Source: a virus. Taken from it: 44,311 nt of DNA. This document shows, in pieces, positions 5,854-16,559 of the stretch. The notes under the pieces were generated by a model. The model had not been told where the DNA came from. It ran no database searches and was given only the letters and a program-made list of their open reading frames with translations. A program made the translations under genes and the position numbers. The stretch is from IMG/VR virus record IMGVR_UViG_3300045988_112757; one strand, 5' to 3'. Each line of letters begins with the position of its first letter. The first letter of the stretch is position 1.

Positions 5854-7085
5854 CGCCCGATCCCGTAACATACAGAGGCAAGACCTACAAAGTCAAAATG
5901 TACCTCTACCAGCTATACGCCGGGAGCGGCGCCGTCGTCCGTATCTTCGACGAGGGAAGTTCCCGATCCGGAAAGACTTTCGACACGGCGGACTTTCTGT
6001 ATGACATCTGCGCATCATCGTCCGTACCTCTTAAAATATACTGTTATCGGGCCACGCTTCAAGATTGCAAGGAAAAGACGCTGGACGACTTCCGCAAGAA
6101 GCTGCAACTACGCGGCGTATACGATCCCGATTGTATGCGTGGCGAAAACATTCTCCCTGAATATCGCATCAAGGATAGCGTGATTCGTTTCCGGGGGCTC
6201 GACAAAATGGATGTCAAAGAGGGCCACGACTGCGACATTGTATATTTCAACGAGATGCTCGACGGTGTAAGCCGTGCGCAATTCGACAATATCACCATGC
6301 GTTGCACGCGGATGGTCATCGGTGACTGGAATCCAAAATACACGGAGCATTGGGCGTTCCATATGGAGGGTGCCCCGGATACTATTTTCACGCACACGAC
6401 GTACAAGGATAATCCCTTCTGCCCGGCGGGGGTTCGCCGCACAATCGAGGGATACGAACCCACACCCGAGAATATCGCCGCCGGAACTGCCGACGAATGG
6501 CGCTGGGAAGTATACGGCCTCGGAGTACGTGCCGCGCAGGAGGGGCTGATATTCCCCGACATCGACTGGATCGACGAATTCCCCGAAGACATCGAACGCG
6601 TTGTATTGGGCCTCGACTTCGGATTCACAGCAGACCCCACGGCCTGCGTACGTGTCGGATTCCGTGCCCCGAACCATCTTTATTTGCAGGAGCTGATATA
6701 TCAGCCTATCGCCGACGCTTCGAAATTGTATGCAGCGCTTTCGCCGCACTTCACAAACGGAGTATCCCGATGCTATGCAGATAGCGCCGACAAATATGCC
6801 AAATCCCCCGAAAGCATGATAACCGCAATGCGCATTAAAGGGCTTACGGTCATCCCCGTGCGGAAATACCCGGGGTCTGTCATGGACGGCATCACGGTCA
6901 TGAAAGGATGCAAGATACACTGCGTGCGTTCGCGCAACATGCAGATAGAAGCAAACTCGTACGTGTGGGAGACGGTGAACGGCATCGCCATAAACTACCC
7001 GCACGACAAATTCAACCATCTATGGGACGCTTCCATATATGCCGTTCAGTCTGAATTCAAGAACCTTATTCAAATAGCTGCATAA
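5850..7085 (+). CDS. terL: Terminase large subunit
   Basis: 411 aa. Walker A-like GSSRSGKT. ATGA overlap with terS. Size and position are typical. Confidence 0.9.
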   Translation: MTPDPVTYRGKTYKVKMYLYQLYAGSGAVVRIFDEGSSRSGKTFDTADFLYDICASSSVPLKIYCYRATLQDCKEKTLDDFRKKLQLRGVYDPDCMRGENILPEYRIKDSVIRFRGLDKMDVKEGHDCDIVYFNEMLDGVSRAQFDNITMRCTRMVIGDWNPKYTEHWAFHMEGAPDTIFTHTTYKDNPFCPAGVRRTIEGYEPTPENIAAGTADEWRWEVYGLGVRAAQEGLIFPDIDWIDEFPEDIERVVLGLDFGFTADPTACVRVGFRAPNHLYLQELIYQPIADASKLYAALSPHFTNGVSRCYADSADKYAKSPESMITAMRIKGLTVIPVRKYPGSVMDGITVMKGCKIHCVRSRNMQIEANSYVWETVNGIAINYPHDKFNHLWDASIYAVQSEFKNLIQIAA

Positions 7086-8323
7086 TGAATCTATTCGGCT
7101 ACGAAATACGCAGGAAAAGCAATAATACAGCCTCAAATTTGCCGGCATCGACATTGAGCTACATCGGCGTACCTCCGGTATTTCAGGGATCAACTGAAAC
7201 CGTGGGAACGATCGACACCAGGGGCAAAGCGGGACAAGCCAAAGCATACGCACTTTGCTCGCCGCTGATGTCTGTGATCTCGAAGAAATGCGCGGCAATT
7301 AAGAACCTACGTCTTGCAGCCACCACGGAAGACGGTGAAGATATCGAACGACCGGACGCCGTGCGGACTATATCGCACCCTAATAGCGTGCAAGGCATCG
7401 CGGACTTCGTGGCATACATCGAGGCCATGACGCAGATTTTCGGCAAAGCCTATATCGTACGCATGGAATCGGTGGGGCTCCCGGGGGCTTTCGAGCTGTT
7501 CGTCGTTCCCAATCTTTGCGTCACGGAAAATGCCGCAATATCTCCGGCGTTATCGTTCATGCCCGATGCGGACATCGTGGATTACACGGTGACCATTTGC
7601 GGGTCTTCGATGAAGATAGCCAAAGAAGATATGTTCATCGTGAGGGATGCCTCTTATGATCTCAATGCTTGCGGCGGCAACATCTCCCGAATGGTATCAT
7701 TACAGAAGCCGGTGAATACTTTCGTGGCATCCTACGAAGCGGTGCATGAACTGATGGTCAACCGCGGTATGCTGGCTATTATCTCGCTGACATCCGGAAG
7801 CGGCGATATTATCCGGGATTCTCGGCTGCCGGAAACGGAATCGGAGAAGAACAACATACAACAGGCATTCAGAAAGTATGGCATCCGGGCCGATCAATTC
7901 AAATACGCGATCACGTCCATGAATGCTGCCGTAAGTCCGGTATCGTCAACGATTACCGATCTGGGACTGACAGACGTACAGAAAGCCTGCAAGAAAGAAA
8001 TCGCGGACATCTACCAAGTGCCGAGCGTGCTGCTCGACGTAGAGGGTTCAACGTACGCCAACGCCAAAGAAGCGAAAACGATATTATATAACGACGCGAT
8101 AATCCCCGAGGCAAATAATATATTCTCCGTGCTCAACAGGATATATGGCTTTGAGGATTTCAAGGTGATGCCCTACTACGATCATCTTGAACTCTTCCAA
8201 GAATCTAAGCGCGAACAGGCGGCGGGCATGACCAATCTCGTAAATGCCCTGAATAACGCCGTGTCCGGCGGTCTGATGACCACGGAGCAGGCTAAAACAG
8301 AACTTTTGAAATATATCGTATAA
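7085..8323 (+). CDS. Portal protein
   Basis: 412 aa. TAATG overlap with terL. Lies between terminase and prohead protease. Confidence 0.8.
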   Translation: MNLFGYEIRRKSNNTASNLPASTLSYIGVPPVFQGSTETVGTIDTRGKAGQAKAYALCSPLMSVISKKCAAIKNLRLAATTEDGEDIERPDAVRTISHPNSVQGIADFVAYIEAMTQIFGKAYIVRMESVGLPGAFELFVVPNLCVTENAAISPALSFMPDADIVDYTVTICGSSMKIAKEDMFIVRDASYDLNACGGNISRMVSLQKPVNTFVASYEAVHELMVNRGMLAIISLTSGSGDIIRDSRLPETESEKNNIQQAFRKYGIRADQFKYAITSMNAAVSPVSSTITDLGLTDVQKACKKEIADIYQVPSVLLDVEGSTYANAKEAKTILYNDAIIPEANNIFSVLNRIYGFEDFKVMPYYDHLELFQESKREQAAGMTNLVNALNNAVSGGLMTTEQAKTELLKYIV

Positions 8324-8324
8324 C

Positions 8325-9026
8325 ATGAACTTATCTCAGCAAATAGAAGCACGCCGGGCGGCAATGGGCAACACTTGCCGCAAAGAGTTCGCCGTGACAA
8401 AAGCGGACATTGCGAACGAAGACGAGCATATCATTCTCGTGAAGTTCGCCAATTTCGGTAACAAAGACAGCGCGGGCGATATTCTTATCAAAGGATGCTT
8501 CGCCAAGTCCATCAACGACAGGGGCCCGGGATCGGCCACAAACCGCAAAATCGCGTTCGTATGGCAACATGATTTCGCCGACCCTATCGGCCGGATACTG
8601 TCTATCGAAGAGCGCGAAGACGGCGCATATGCAGAAGTTAAGCTGAGCAACTTCGACGCGGTGCCGAATGCAAAGCGCGCGTGGTTCCAGCTCAAAGACG
8701 GCGATATTAATCAGTTCTCGTTCGGATTCAATTACGTATGGGACAAAATGGAATATGACGAAGCCCTCGACGCGTTCATCGTTAAGGAAGTCGTATTGCA
8801 TGAAATATCCGTCGTTACCGCCGGAGCCAACGAGGAAACGGCATTCGTCGGTGCTGTGAAGAGTTTACCGGACGCCATCAAGGTTATGAGCGATGCTCTC
8901 AATGTGGCGTCATTGGAGGAGAAAATGAAGATCAAAAAGCAAATCATCGAGACATTGAACGCAGCCGAGCCGGAGAAACCACTCACTGAAAACATGTTCG
9001 GGAAAATAGGTTCACATATCAATTAA
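8325..9026 (+). CDS. Prohead serine protease (HK97 family)
   Basis: 233 aa. KFANFGNKDSAGDILIKGCF ... VWQHD...PIG follows the HK97 prohead protease pattern. Position between portal and capsid fits. Confidence 0.85.
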   Translation: MNLSQQIEARRAAMGNTCRKEFAVTKADIANEDEHIILVKFANFGNKDSAGDILIKGCFAKSINDRGPGSATNRKIAFVWQHDFADPIGRILSIEEREDGAYAEVKLSNFDAVPNAKRAWFQLKDGDINQFSFGFNYVWDKMEYDEALDAFIVKEVVLHEISVVTAGANEETAFVGAVKSLPDAIKVMSDALNVASLEEKMKIKKQIIETLNAAEPEKPLTENMFGKIGSHIN

Positions 9027-9045
9027 CCAAAAAACACAAAGAAGA

Positions 9046-10347
9046 ATGGAGATTAAATCATTTGTGCTTCCCGCTGGCGTAGAGTTCAGCGAGGACGAGA
9101 AAAAGGGCCTGAACGCGCTCGGAGATTATATCAAAGGGCAGTTCGAGGAGATGGTCGCAGGCATCAAGTCACAGAACGAGATCGTCGAGGCTGTCAAGGA
9201 GGAGTTCGGGAAACTCGGGCTGTCGCCGGAGAAGATCGAAAAACTGGAGGGCGCGCTTAAAGCCCAGGGCGTCGAGATCGCCACGATGAAGAAAGGCACC
9301 CCCAAGCAGGAGGGACACAAAACGCTGGTCGCCGCGATGGAAGAGGTGCTGAAATCGGAAGAGTTCGCCGCCGCATATAAGGATATGCGGAACGGACGGG
9401 GGAGACTCTCGACGGGCGAGTTCGCGCTCAAACTCGACACGTCGGCCGTGACGAACGAAGACCCCAACCGCACCGTGCTGACGACGAAGATTTACGCAGA
9501 CGCCAGCCCCCGCAATGCGTTCGTGCAACTCTTCACGCGCATCAATGTGCCCGACGACAAGAACCGCATCATGTACAACGATGCTTCCTACACCGACGGC
9601 ACCGGGTATGCAGAGGAGATGACCAAGCACACCAATACCGACACCGCCACGCTTCAGGGCAAATACCGCGAGCTGTCGAAACTGGGGGCCGTGCTGCCGT
9701 TCTCGGCTGAAAGCGCTGAGGATTTCGGATACTTCCTCGCGTGGGCTCAGACCAAAGCCCAGGAGGGCATCGCCGCCAAACTCGATTCTCTGCTGTGGGA
9801 CGGTGACGGCGTGGATGCCTCCAAGCCCAAACACATCTACGGACTGAAAACATCCGGCGTTACGGCATTCAATGCAACGACGGCGGGTGTGGCAGCCAGC
9901 GTGTCGGCGCCGAACATCGCCGACCTGATCCTCGCTATGAAAACGCAGGCAAAGGTCGAGACCAACGATTCGATGGCTCCGAATTACGTGCTGATGAACT
10001 ACGCCACCGAGTTCAAGATGCGCACGCTGAAGAACACCCTCGGCGACTACATCACGGTGCTGCCCAATGGGGCCTTGTCGGTGCACGGCATGACGATTAT
10101 CCCGACCCCGAAACTCTCGGCCTCGGAGCTCGTCGTGCTCGATTCCACGACGCTCCAACTGCACGACAAGCGCAATATCACTATGGAGATCGAGCGCGTT
10201 CCGGAGACGGATTCGTATCGTCTGTGGCTGTGGTATCGCGGACAGGCCCTCGTTACGCGGCCGGATATGAAGGCGAATATCTATGTCGCCGACATCAACA
10301 CCGCTCTGGCCGCCATCGAGAAAGCAACAGCAGGACCGACCGAGTAA
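9046..10347 (+). CDS. Major capsid protein (HK97-like) with N-terminal coiled-coil delta region
   Basis: 433 aa. Position after the protease. The charged helical N-terminus is typical of a cleaved scaffold domain. Confidence 0.85.
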   Translation: MEIKSFVLPAGVEFSEDEKKGLNALGDYIKGQFEEMVAGIKSQNEIVEAVKEEFGKLGLSPEKIEKLEGALKAQGVEIATMKKGTPKQEGHKTLVAAMEEVLKSEEFAAAYKDMRNGRGRLSTGEFALKLDTSAVTNEDPNRTVLTTKIYADASPRNAFVQLFTRINVPDDKNRIMYNDASYTDGTGYAEEMTKHTNTDTATLQGKYRELSKLGAVLPFSAESAEDFGYFLAWAQTKAQEGIAAKLDSLLWDGDGVDASKPKHIYGLKTSGVTAFNATTAGVAASVSAPNIADLILAMKTQAKVETNDSMAPNYVLMNYATEFKMRTLKNTLGDYITVLPNGALSVHGMTIIPTPKLSASELVVLDSTTLQLHDKRNITMEIERVPETDSYRLWLWYRGQALVTRPDMKANIYVADINTALAAIEKATAGPTE

Positions 10348-10350
10348 CCC

Positions 10351-10548
10351 ATGAAAGCGAAAGATGAAGCAGCTATGACACGCGCCCCCGTTAGGCGCGG
10401 TCGTCGCGCCCTTAAAGCCAACGTCCTGCGCGTCGAAGTCATTAGAGCGCATGACGGGATCAACAAGGGCGAAATACTCATCAAATCGCGGGCAACTGCG
10501 GAAATGATGATTGCCAAAGGGTTCTATAAAAAGGCCCTGGAGGAGTAA
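10351..10548 (+). CDS. Small basic hypothetical protein (65 aa)
   Basis: ATG 4 nt after the capsid stop. Confidence 0.55.
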   Translation: MKAKDEAAMTRAPVRRGRRALKANVLRVEVIRAHDGINKGEILIKSRATAEMMIAKGFYKKALEE

Positions 10549-10555
10549 CCGGATA

Positions 10556-10582
10556 GGGGCGGCAACACGCCGCCCCTTCTTC
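10556..10582 (+). terminator. Terminator-like hairpin after the capsid block (possible attenuator)
   Basis: 8-bp GC stem GGGGCGGC/GCCGCCCC, 5-nt loop, followed by TTCTTC, which is an imperfect U tract. Confidence 0.5.
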
Positions 10583-10594
10583 AAACAAAATAAC

Positions 10595-11074
10595 ATGATC
10601 TTAGACGAGCGATATTTCACCTATCCCGAGACATATATTGCGGGAATAGAGACCAAGAGCGACGGTAAACCCGCCGGACCTGCCCCCAAAATCATAAGCG
10701 ACATCCAGGCATATATCGCCAAATACGAACCTCGGTTTCTGCGAATGCTTCTGGGGCCGGATGTCGCCGGCAATATTGAGGATTACCCAGCTATTGTGGC
10801 GCTGCTGGCCCAACCGGACGAGGGAACATCCGTAATTGCCAAGTATATCTATTTCTACTATTCGCGCGACCATATGACATTCAACACCGTTGCCGGGGAA
10901 AAGCTGAAGAACACCGAAAGCAGCACCCGAACATCTCCGACACATCGGCTCGTCCGCGTGTGGAACGATATGGTAGACGAATGCCGAGAGATCATCCGCA
11001 TCGTTGACAATGTTAAGCTGTGTCCGGACTTTTACGCAGAGATATTCGAACCGATCAATACTTACAACCTATGA
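10595..11074 (+). CDS. Virion-module hypothetical protein (159 aa)
   Basis: First ATG of track ORF 10511..11074, after the hairpin. Confidence 0.7.
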   Translation: MILDERYFTYPETYIAGIETKSDGKPAGPAPKIISDIQAYIAKYEPRFLRMLLGPDVAGNIEDYPAIVALLAQPDEGTSVIAKYIYFYYSRDHMTFNTVAGEKLKNTESSTRTSPTHRLVRVWNDMVDECREIIRIVDNVKLCPDFYAEIFEPINTYNL

Positions 11075-11730
11075 AGATAACCCCCAAAGATACGGTTAAT
11101 GATATTGTGATGCGCAACCGTGCATTATTCAGCATGGGTACCGAACGTATCGTAAAAGCCATACAAGGCCTTCCGGAGCCGGAGTTCGTGCCTATGAAAC
11201 GCCGAATGTGGTTCGACAAACGGCTGCCCGTGCGTGACATTGCCGACATCACTATGGGCGAACTGAACGCCATAGAAGCCCGAAAACCGTCGTACGAATA
11301 TTTTTGCATCGTGCTCGGTGTGATGCTCGGGCTCACGAAATTCAACCGCATAGGCGTTGACGGCAATCCGGATTGGAACGCGGGGTTCAGCATAGACGAG
11401 GAGCAAATCGGACGCCTCCGGTTCATCCGTGCCCAGCGCTATTTCATTGCCATACAAAAAGGGTTGGAAGGTATCGGCAAATCGTGGAAAAAGCTGGAAA
11501 TGCCTCTCACGGCCGCCGAGATGAAAGCGCGTGTCAAGCGACCCAATCGCGGACTTGTAGCCGTATGCCGGAAATACTGCCAGATCATGAACGGCGCCGT
11601 TGACATGAATAAAGCATGGAATACGCCGTGGGCGACAGTATACGAAGCATTCGAGGCATGCAAGTGCGACAACATGGAACAGCGGGCCATCTATGAAGCG
11701 AACAAATCTAACGGGAGACGGAGACGATGA
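11071..11730 (+). CDS. Virion-module hypothetical protein (219 aa)
   Basis: ATGA overlap with the previous gene. Confidence 0.7.
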   Translation: MKITPKDTVNDIVMRNRALFSMGTERIVKAIQGLPEPEFVPMKRRMWFDKRLPVRDIADITMGELNAIEARKPSYEYFCIVLGVMLGLTKFNRIGVDGNPDWNAGFSIDEEQIGRLRFIRAQRYFIAIQKGLEGIGKSWKKLEMPLTAAEMKARVKRPNRGLVAVCRKYCQIMNGAVDMNKAWNTPWATVYEAFEACKCDNMEQRAIYEANKSNGRRRR

Positions 11731-12143
11731 AAAAAAGCATTAACGAGATATTCAGAGAATGCGCCGAAGCGGAGGGACTGTGCTCCTATATGTACGCCCG
11801 GATAGCTGAAGCTAATTATCTGATGGATGATGTCAAGCAATACCCCGTATTGCTGCGGCAGTTCAACGAGACGATTTCCGAAACACGGATGTCGGACACG
11901 CGGCGCCGGACGACGACGCTCTATTTCTGCGACACCCTCGGGAAAGCGGAGCCGGACACGGAGACCGAGGTGCAGCCGATCGTCGAAAAGATGGAAGAAC
12001 GCGCCTTTGCATTTATCAACCGGATGCGGTCGATGGGTATAGAGGTCGAGCTTGTGGCCAACGCGACGCCCTTTTACGGCAAATTCGACGTGTTGGTGGC
12101 GGGCGTAACCCTAAGCGCTATTATGACCTATAACATCTGCTGA
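11727..12143 (+). CDS. Virion-module hypothetical protein (138 aa)
   Basis: ATGA overlap with the previous gene. Confidence 0.7.
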   Translation: MKKSINEIFRECAEAEGLCSYMYARIAEANYLMDDVKQYPVLLRQFNETISETRMSDTRRRTTTLYFCDTLGKAEPDTETEVQPIVEKMEERAFAFINRMRSMGIEVELVANATPFYGKFDVLVAGVTLSAIMTYNIC

Positions 12144-12144
12144 T

Positions 12145-12708
12145 ATGCCCACCATCCGGCAAATAGAAGAGGTGTTCAGCCCCGAGCGGATCATCACCAT
12201 CTGCGAGGACGAGTTCGGTCCGCTGGCCGAACAGATCGCCTTTAACATAATGACCAAAAGGACCAACAGCGGCGCCGATGTCAACGCTTTGGGGCTTCCG
12301 GAGGAAACGACCGGAGCGACGGCCGAAAGCCTTAAAACCATCCATGAATCTACGAACGGCGGACTTACGGTCTCATTTGTCGGACGCAAAGGCATCAAGA
12401 ATATCGACGAGGGAAGTTCCCCGCAAGACGTGCAGGAGGAGTTTGGCAGTTTCGGGGCCTTTCTGAATGCCATCGAGCGGTGGGCGCGAGCCAAAGAATC
12501 GCGGTGGAATCTCGAACCAAGATCGATAAATGCGTATGGCGTTGCTTCGAGCGTCTGGGATCACGGAAACGTACTCCATCAGGAGGGCGGCGGAACGGAG
12601 ATCATGAAAGACCTGCTGCCCGAAGTTGTCGAAAGGATCAGCGAAAGAATCACGGAGGAGCTCGACACCTCCATTTATAAACTATTAGATGCGACGATAG
12701 ATCTATGA
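12145..12708 (+). CDS. Virion-module hypothetical protein (187 aa)
   Basis: Starts 2 nt after the previous stop. Confidence 0.7.
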   Translation: MPTIRQIEEVFSPERIITICEDEFGPLAEQIAFNIMTKRTNSGADVNALGLPEETTGATAESLKTIHESTNGGLTVSFVGRKGIKNIDEGSSPQDVQEEFGSFGAFLNAIERWARAKESRWNLEPRSINAYGVASSVWDHGNVLHQEGGGTEIMKDLLPEVVERISERITEELDTSIYKLLDATIDL

Positions 12709-13715
12709 AAACTATTTGGGGAGGGAATAATTCAATCACGGTGCCTAATACCTTTTTCTGCACCAAAAGCCGATACGCATACGTCAAGGTGGCATTAAAA
12801 GAGGCCGTGCGCAATCAAGACGTAACCCTCGAAGTTTACGACGTGGCCAACGAGGATGCCAGCAAGATAACCATTGCCCGCAAAACCGATGATCGGGGCG
12901 TCGCAATATTCCCCATCGGCGCGGTGTGCGAGTCTCTGGTAAAGGAGTACGGTGAAGGTATTGTCGTGATGTTCAACGCCTCCTATCCGGGCGGAGGTGT
13001 CGGATATTCGTCGCGTCCGATTGTCGGATATGCCGACTACGAAATCAAAGCCCTCAATGTGGAAGCCAAAGGCGACACAAACGCCACCAACTACCCGGCG
13101 GCGAAAAAGATAGTCATATATCCTTATGGAATGTTTCGTCAAACCGTATTCGTCCCGGCGTCCAATGCCGTTACATTGAGTGATCCCGAACGGCAATTAA
13201 CATTCGCCCAAGAGATTGGGCCATATATTGAATTCGACCCTGTGTCTGTAGAAGATTTGGATTATACGCCGACAGCTTTGATGGCTTCTATACTATATGG
13301 CGCAGGGGACGAGATGTCTATATCTATCCCCGTAAAAATTGACCTGTGCACAAACGGCGTATTCCTCAAATGGATCGACAAATCGGGCATCCCGTATGTA
13401 TACCGATGGACCCCCGAGATGACGGCCGACGAAATGTCCGTAGATTCCACCTATACACAACTCGATGAAACCCTCCAGCCTTTCGAGGTTCAGAACAAGA
13501 CCATGACCAAGCGATACACGTTGCACAGTCGAATCGTCGAGCGGGATATATACGAGATGTGCAAAACCATCATCGGAAGCCAGGCGGTGTGGACGTGGGA
13601 TACTACCCTTTCCGATTGGGTGCGCTGCTCTATGGAGGACAGCGAAGCCGAAGACAGCGGAGCACCGATGCAAGACCTGGTTATTGAAGTCGTAAAACGC
13701 GAGTACAACCTATGA
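12705..13715 (+). CDS. Tail-module protein (336 aa), function not assignable
   Basis: ATGA overlap. Precedes the 930-aa protein. Confidence 0.75.
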   Translation: MKTIWGGNNSITVPNTFFCTKSRYAYVKVALKEAVRNQDVTLEVYDVANEDASKITIARKTDDRGVAIFPIGAVCESLVKEYGEGIVVMFNASYPGGGVGYSSRPIVGYADYEIKALNVEAKGDTNATNYPAAKKIVIYPYGMFRQTVFVPASNAVTLSDPERQLTFAQEIGPYIEFDPVSVEDLDYTPTALMASILYGAGDEMSISIPVKIDLCTNGVFLKWIDKSGIPYVYRWTPEMTADEMSVDSTYTQLDETLQPFEVQNKTMTKRYTLHSRIVERDIYEMCKTIIGSQAVWTWDTTLSDWVRCSMEDSEAEDSGAPMQDLVIEVVKREYNL

Positions 13716-16504
13716 CGACCTACGAACTTTATATCAACGATATTCTGTGCGACCTATCGAGTGACGAGGTCATAACCCTGCTTTATCAAAGCCCGATCTT
13801 TTCGAGCCTCGACAGCATTCAGTCGAACAGGTCCTATAACATCGCGCTGCCTCCCACGCCTGCGAATATGCGGGCTATCGGTCAGGCATCCCGCCCGGAT
13901 GTGGATGCCGACGCTCCCTATGTGCGCCTTCCGGCGGCATTGTATCAGGACGGGGTGCCGCTGTTCACGCAGGGGTTCGCCGTGGTTACGGATATTGCGG
14001 ACACTATCAACGTGACCCTCACGTGGGGCAATGCGGACAATTTTCAGCCTTTGTTCGACGCGAATCTGCGGGATTTGGGGCCCCAGCTGGAGGCCGCCGG
14101 GGAGGATTACATCGAGTGGAACGAGGACTCGGCAATACTCAAAAAGGGATCGGCCCCGAGCGGCGGCTTGGTCAGATATCCGTATGTAGCCTTTTGGGGC
14201 ATAGATTTCGGAATGGGGCTGTCCAATCCCAAATATCTACATCCGGCTATTGATGTGTGGCGGATACTGTACAGCATTCAGCAGGCACACGGAATCACCA
14301 TCGAGGATTACCGGAGGCTGTATGGAACCTTAGAGCTGCCGCCCATTGTGCCGCTGGTATCTAAGAATGGCGACCCTAAATATAATTTCGCCCTAAAAAC
14401 AGGAAGCCTTCATTTAGATGTGAATACCATATCGGGTTCCGTGGGCCTACCAAACACGATATGGGCCAATAAAGGGTACAGCGGCAATGACGTTGACCAA
14501 GCAGGTATCTATAAAACCGAGAACAACAGAATGGTTATAGACGTCTCGGACGTGAATAGCATTCGGTTCGTGTTTACAGGCGGGGGCGTTAGGGATGGTG
14601 CTATCGCCGGGAATAACCCGCGATTCCAAATTATGGCTGGCAAAGACAGCGATACGTTTGATAACTATGTCGTTATATATGATACTGAGGCTACATATAC
14701 GATGTCTGAAATAGATCAGATGTTTGACGTAACTGCATTCGATTATATAGCCATTCGAGTTACAAGATATGAATGGCAGTCCAATACTCAGTCTATAAAT
14801 TCTATTGTAGGCAATATATACATATGGGGCGACTATGATATAGAGGTCATATTCCCAGGACCATTCCCCATCGCCCCCAACCTCCCCGACATATCCCAGG
14901 GCGATTTTATCCTCGCCATGATGAATATGCAGGGATTGTTCGCCTATGCGGACAAAGACAACCCGAACACGATAAAGTTGATAAGCATCGACGACATAAT
15001 CGCCAATGTTCAGAAAAACGACATCATAGACTGGAGCGACCGGGTAATTCTGAATGATATTCACCGGGTGGATATACCCGATGCGTCGGTTTTCACCATT
15101 GATGACCTCGCGCAAAGCAATATTCTCGACTACGACAACGACGACGATGTAAAGACCGACACGCACGGCACCATCACGATCCGGAACGAAAACATCGAGA
15201 AAGAAGCGGAGCTTGTAGAGCTGCCTTTCTCGGCATCGGAAAATGCGACCACGGACGGGGTAAATTGCGCCGTTGTACCGATCTATGAGGATGACGGCAA
15301 AGGCGGTGCCAATTACTCGGAATGTTCGCCGCGTATCTTGGCATGGAAAGACGATCAGACATATAACAGTTCTGCCATCTGTACGGGGCGTTTCGACCCG
15401 TGGATGAAGTTCGGCGGCGATGGAGGTATCGTGAAGACCCGATACGCATCCTATCAGAAAGTCGTTGACCGCCTCCGGATCATCACCGTCCGGGCAAAAC
15501 TCACAGCTCTCGATCTTTATAACCTCGACTATACGAAGCCGGTATATATCGCCCAATTCGGGCAGATATTCGCCATCTACTCGGTCGAAACAGGCGAGGA
15601 TGGCATTTGCGACTGCCAACTGCTGAAATTGAAAGTAGACGGGGTTGTGCCTGCCCACTACTACCTGTATTTGGATGGCCAAAATGCCGACCAAAGCAAG
15701 ACCGACATAACATCTGCCGGAACAACTATTACGTATAGTGTTCAGTCGAACGGTACGCCCTATGTGGTTTCGAAAGACAACCGTTTGACGGTGACGCTTC
15801 AAACTGCCGAAGACGGCACGATGTTGCTCACTATAAAAGTTCCTCAAAACACATCAGACGCAGAAATCAATTACGATCACGTCATTCTTGGTATCAGCGA
15901 AGCCGACCATGTGCGCCGGGAAATAAGCATATCGCAGAAAGGCAAAGAATACTATCTGACGCTCAATGGGCACAGCTCTGATTTCAGCATTGACGCCACC
16001 GCGGACGGGGAAGTGATCGAGCTGACCTGCGCGACGAACGGAACGCCCCGGATTCAGACGTTCGAGGGAGACGCCATCGATTCCGTGGACATACAGGGCG
16101 ACATCATAAGCATTGCCACGATTCTCAACCCATCGGCAGTTTCGAGAGAGGCGATCGTCGTCGTGGAACTGGAGGAAGCCCCCGCCATAAGCATCACTGT
16201 AACCGTGAAGCAGGCCGCAGCTGTAATCCCTTCCATAGCGTTTAGCCCGAACTTGCCGTGGAGCTCGTCGGCTCAAACCGTGACCATTCTAAACAATGGG
16301 AATGTACCGCTCAGCATCGTCTCTGTGCCCTCTTTTATTAGCAACGCTGGGCTCCCGATCAGCCTTGCGCCGAGGGCCCAAACCACGCGCCGTATTAGTG
16401 CCAACAATACAGGGGTGCCGCGTTTGGGGACCATTTCTATGGAGTATTCGGATGCTTTGGGCCAAATAAAGACCTATAATGTGAGTGTTAAACAAAATGC
16501 TTAA
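13712..16504 (+). CDS. Large tail / host-interaction protein (930 aa) with three C-terminal Ig/BACON-like repeats
   Basis: ATGA overlap. The C-terminal third holds three modules of about 90-100 aa, each ending in a similar strand: REISISQKG, ISITVTVKQAA and TYNVSVKQNA. Confidence 0.85.
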   Translation: MTTYELYINDILCDLSSDEVITLLYQSPIFSSLDSIQSNRSYNIALPPTPANMRAIGQASRPDVDADAPYVRLPAALYQDGVPLFTQGFAVVTDIADTINVTLTWGNADNFQPLFDANLRDLGPQLEAAGEDYIEWNEDSAILKKGSAPSGGLVRYPYVAFWGIDFGMGLSNPKYLHPAIDVWRILYSIQQAHGITIEDYRRLYGTLELPPIVPLVSKNGDPKYNFALKTGSLHLDVNTISGSVGLPNTIWANKGYSGNDVDQAGIYKTENNRMVIDVSDVNSIRFVFTGGGVRDGAIAGNNPRFQIMAGKDSDTFDNYVVIYDTEATYTMSEIDQMFDVTAFDYIAIRVTRYEWQSNTQSINSIVGNIYIWGDYDIEVIFPGPFPIAPNLPDISQGDFILAMMNMQGLFAYADKDNPNTIKLISIDDIIANVQKNDIIDWSDRVILNDIHRVDIPDASVFTIDDLAQSNILDYDNDDDVKTDTHGTITIRNENIEKEAELVELPFSASENATTDGVNCAVVPIYEDDGKGGANYSECSPRILAWKDDQTYNSSAICTGRFDPWMKFGGDGGIVKTRYASYQKVVDRLRIITVRAKLTALDLYNLDYTKPVYIAQFGQIFAIYSVETGEDGICDCQLLKLKVDGVVPAHYYLYLDGQNADQSKTDITSAGTTITYSVQSNGTPYVVSKDNRLTVTLQTAEDGTMLLTIKVPQNTSDAEINYDHVILGISEADHVRREISISQKGKEYYLTLNGHSSDFSIDATADGEVIELTCATNGTPRIQTFEGDAIDSVDIQGDIISIATILNPSAVSREAIVVVELEEAPAISITVTVKQAAAVIPSIAFSPNLPWSSSAQTVTILNNGNVPLSIVSVPSFISNAGLPISLAPRAQTTRRISANNTGVPRLGTISMEYSDALGQIKTYNVSVKQNA

Positions 16505-16559
16505 TTGCAACTATAAATATAATCGGATTATATTAACCATTTAACCCATATGAAGAGAT

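Noticed and set aside
9169-10620. Long antisense ORFs: 9169..10620 (483 aa), 14447..15847 (466 aa), 34583..35956 (457 aa), 6108..7019 (303 aa)
   Set aside because: Each lies opposite a gene with recognisable motifs (capsid, tail protein, PAPS reductase and pentapeptide protein, terminase). Each has an Arg/Gly/His/Val-rich shadow-frame composition. They are long only because the sense strand avoids the complementary stop triplets.
13712-16504. Diversity-generating retroelement targeting the tail protein C-terminus
   Set aside because: No reverse-transcriptase ORF exists anywhere in the window, and no template-repeat copy of the C-terminal region was seen.
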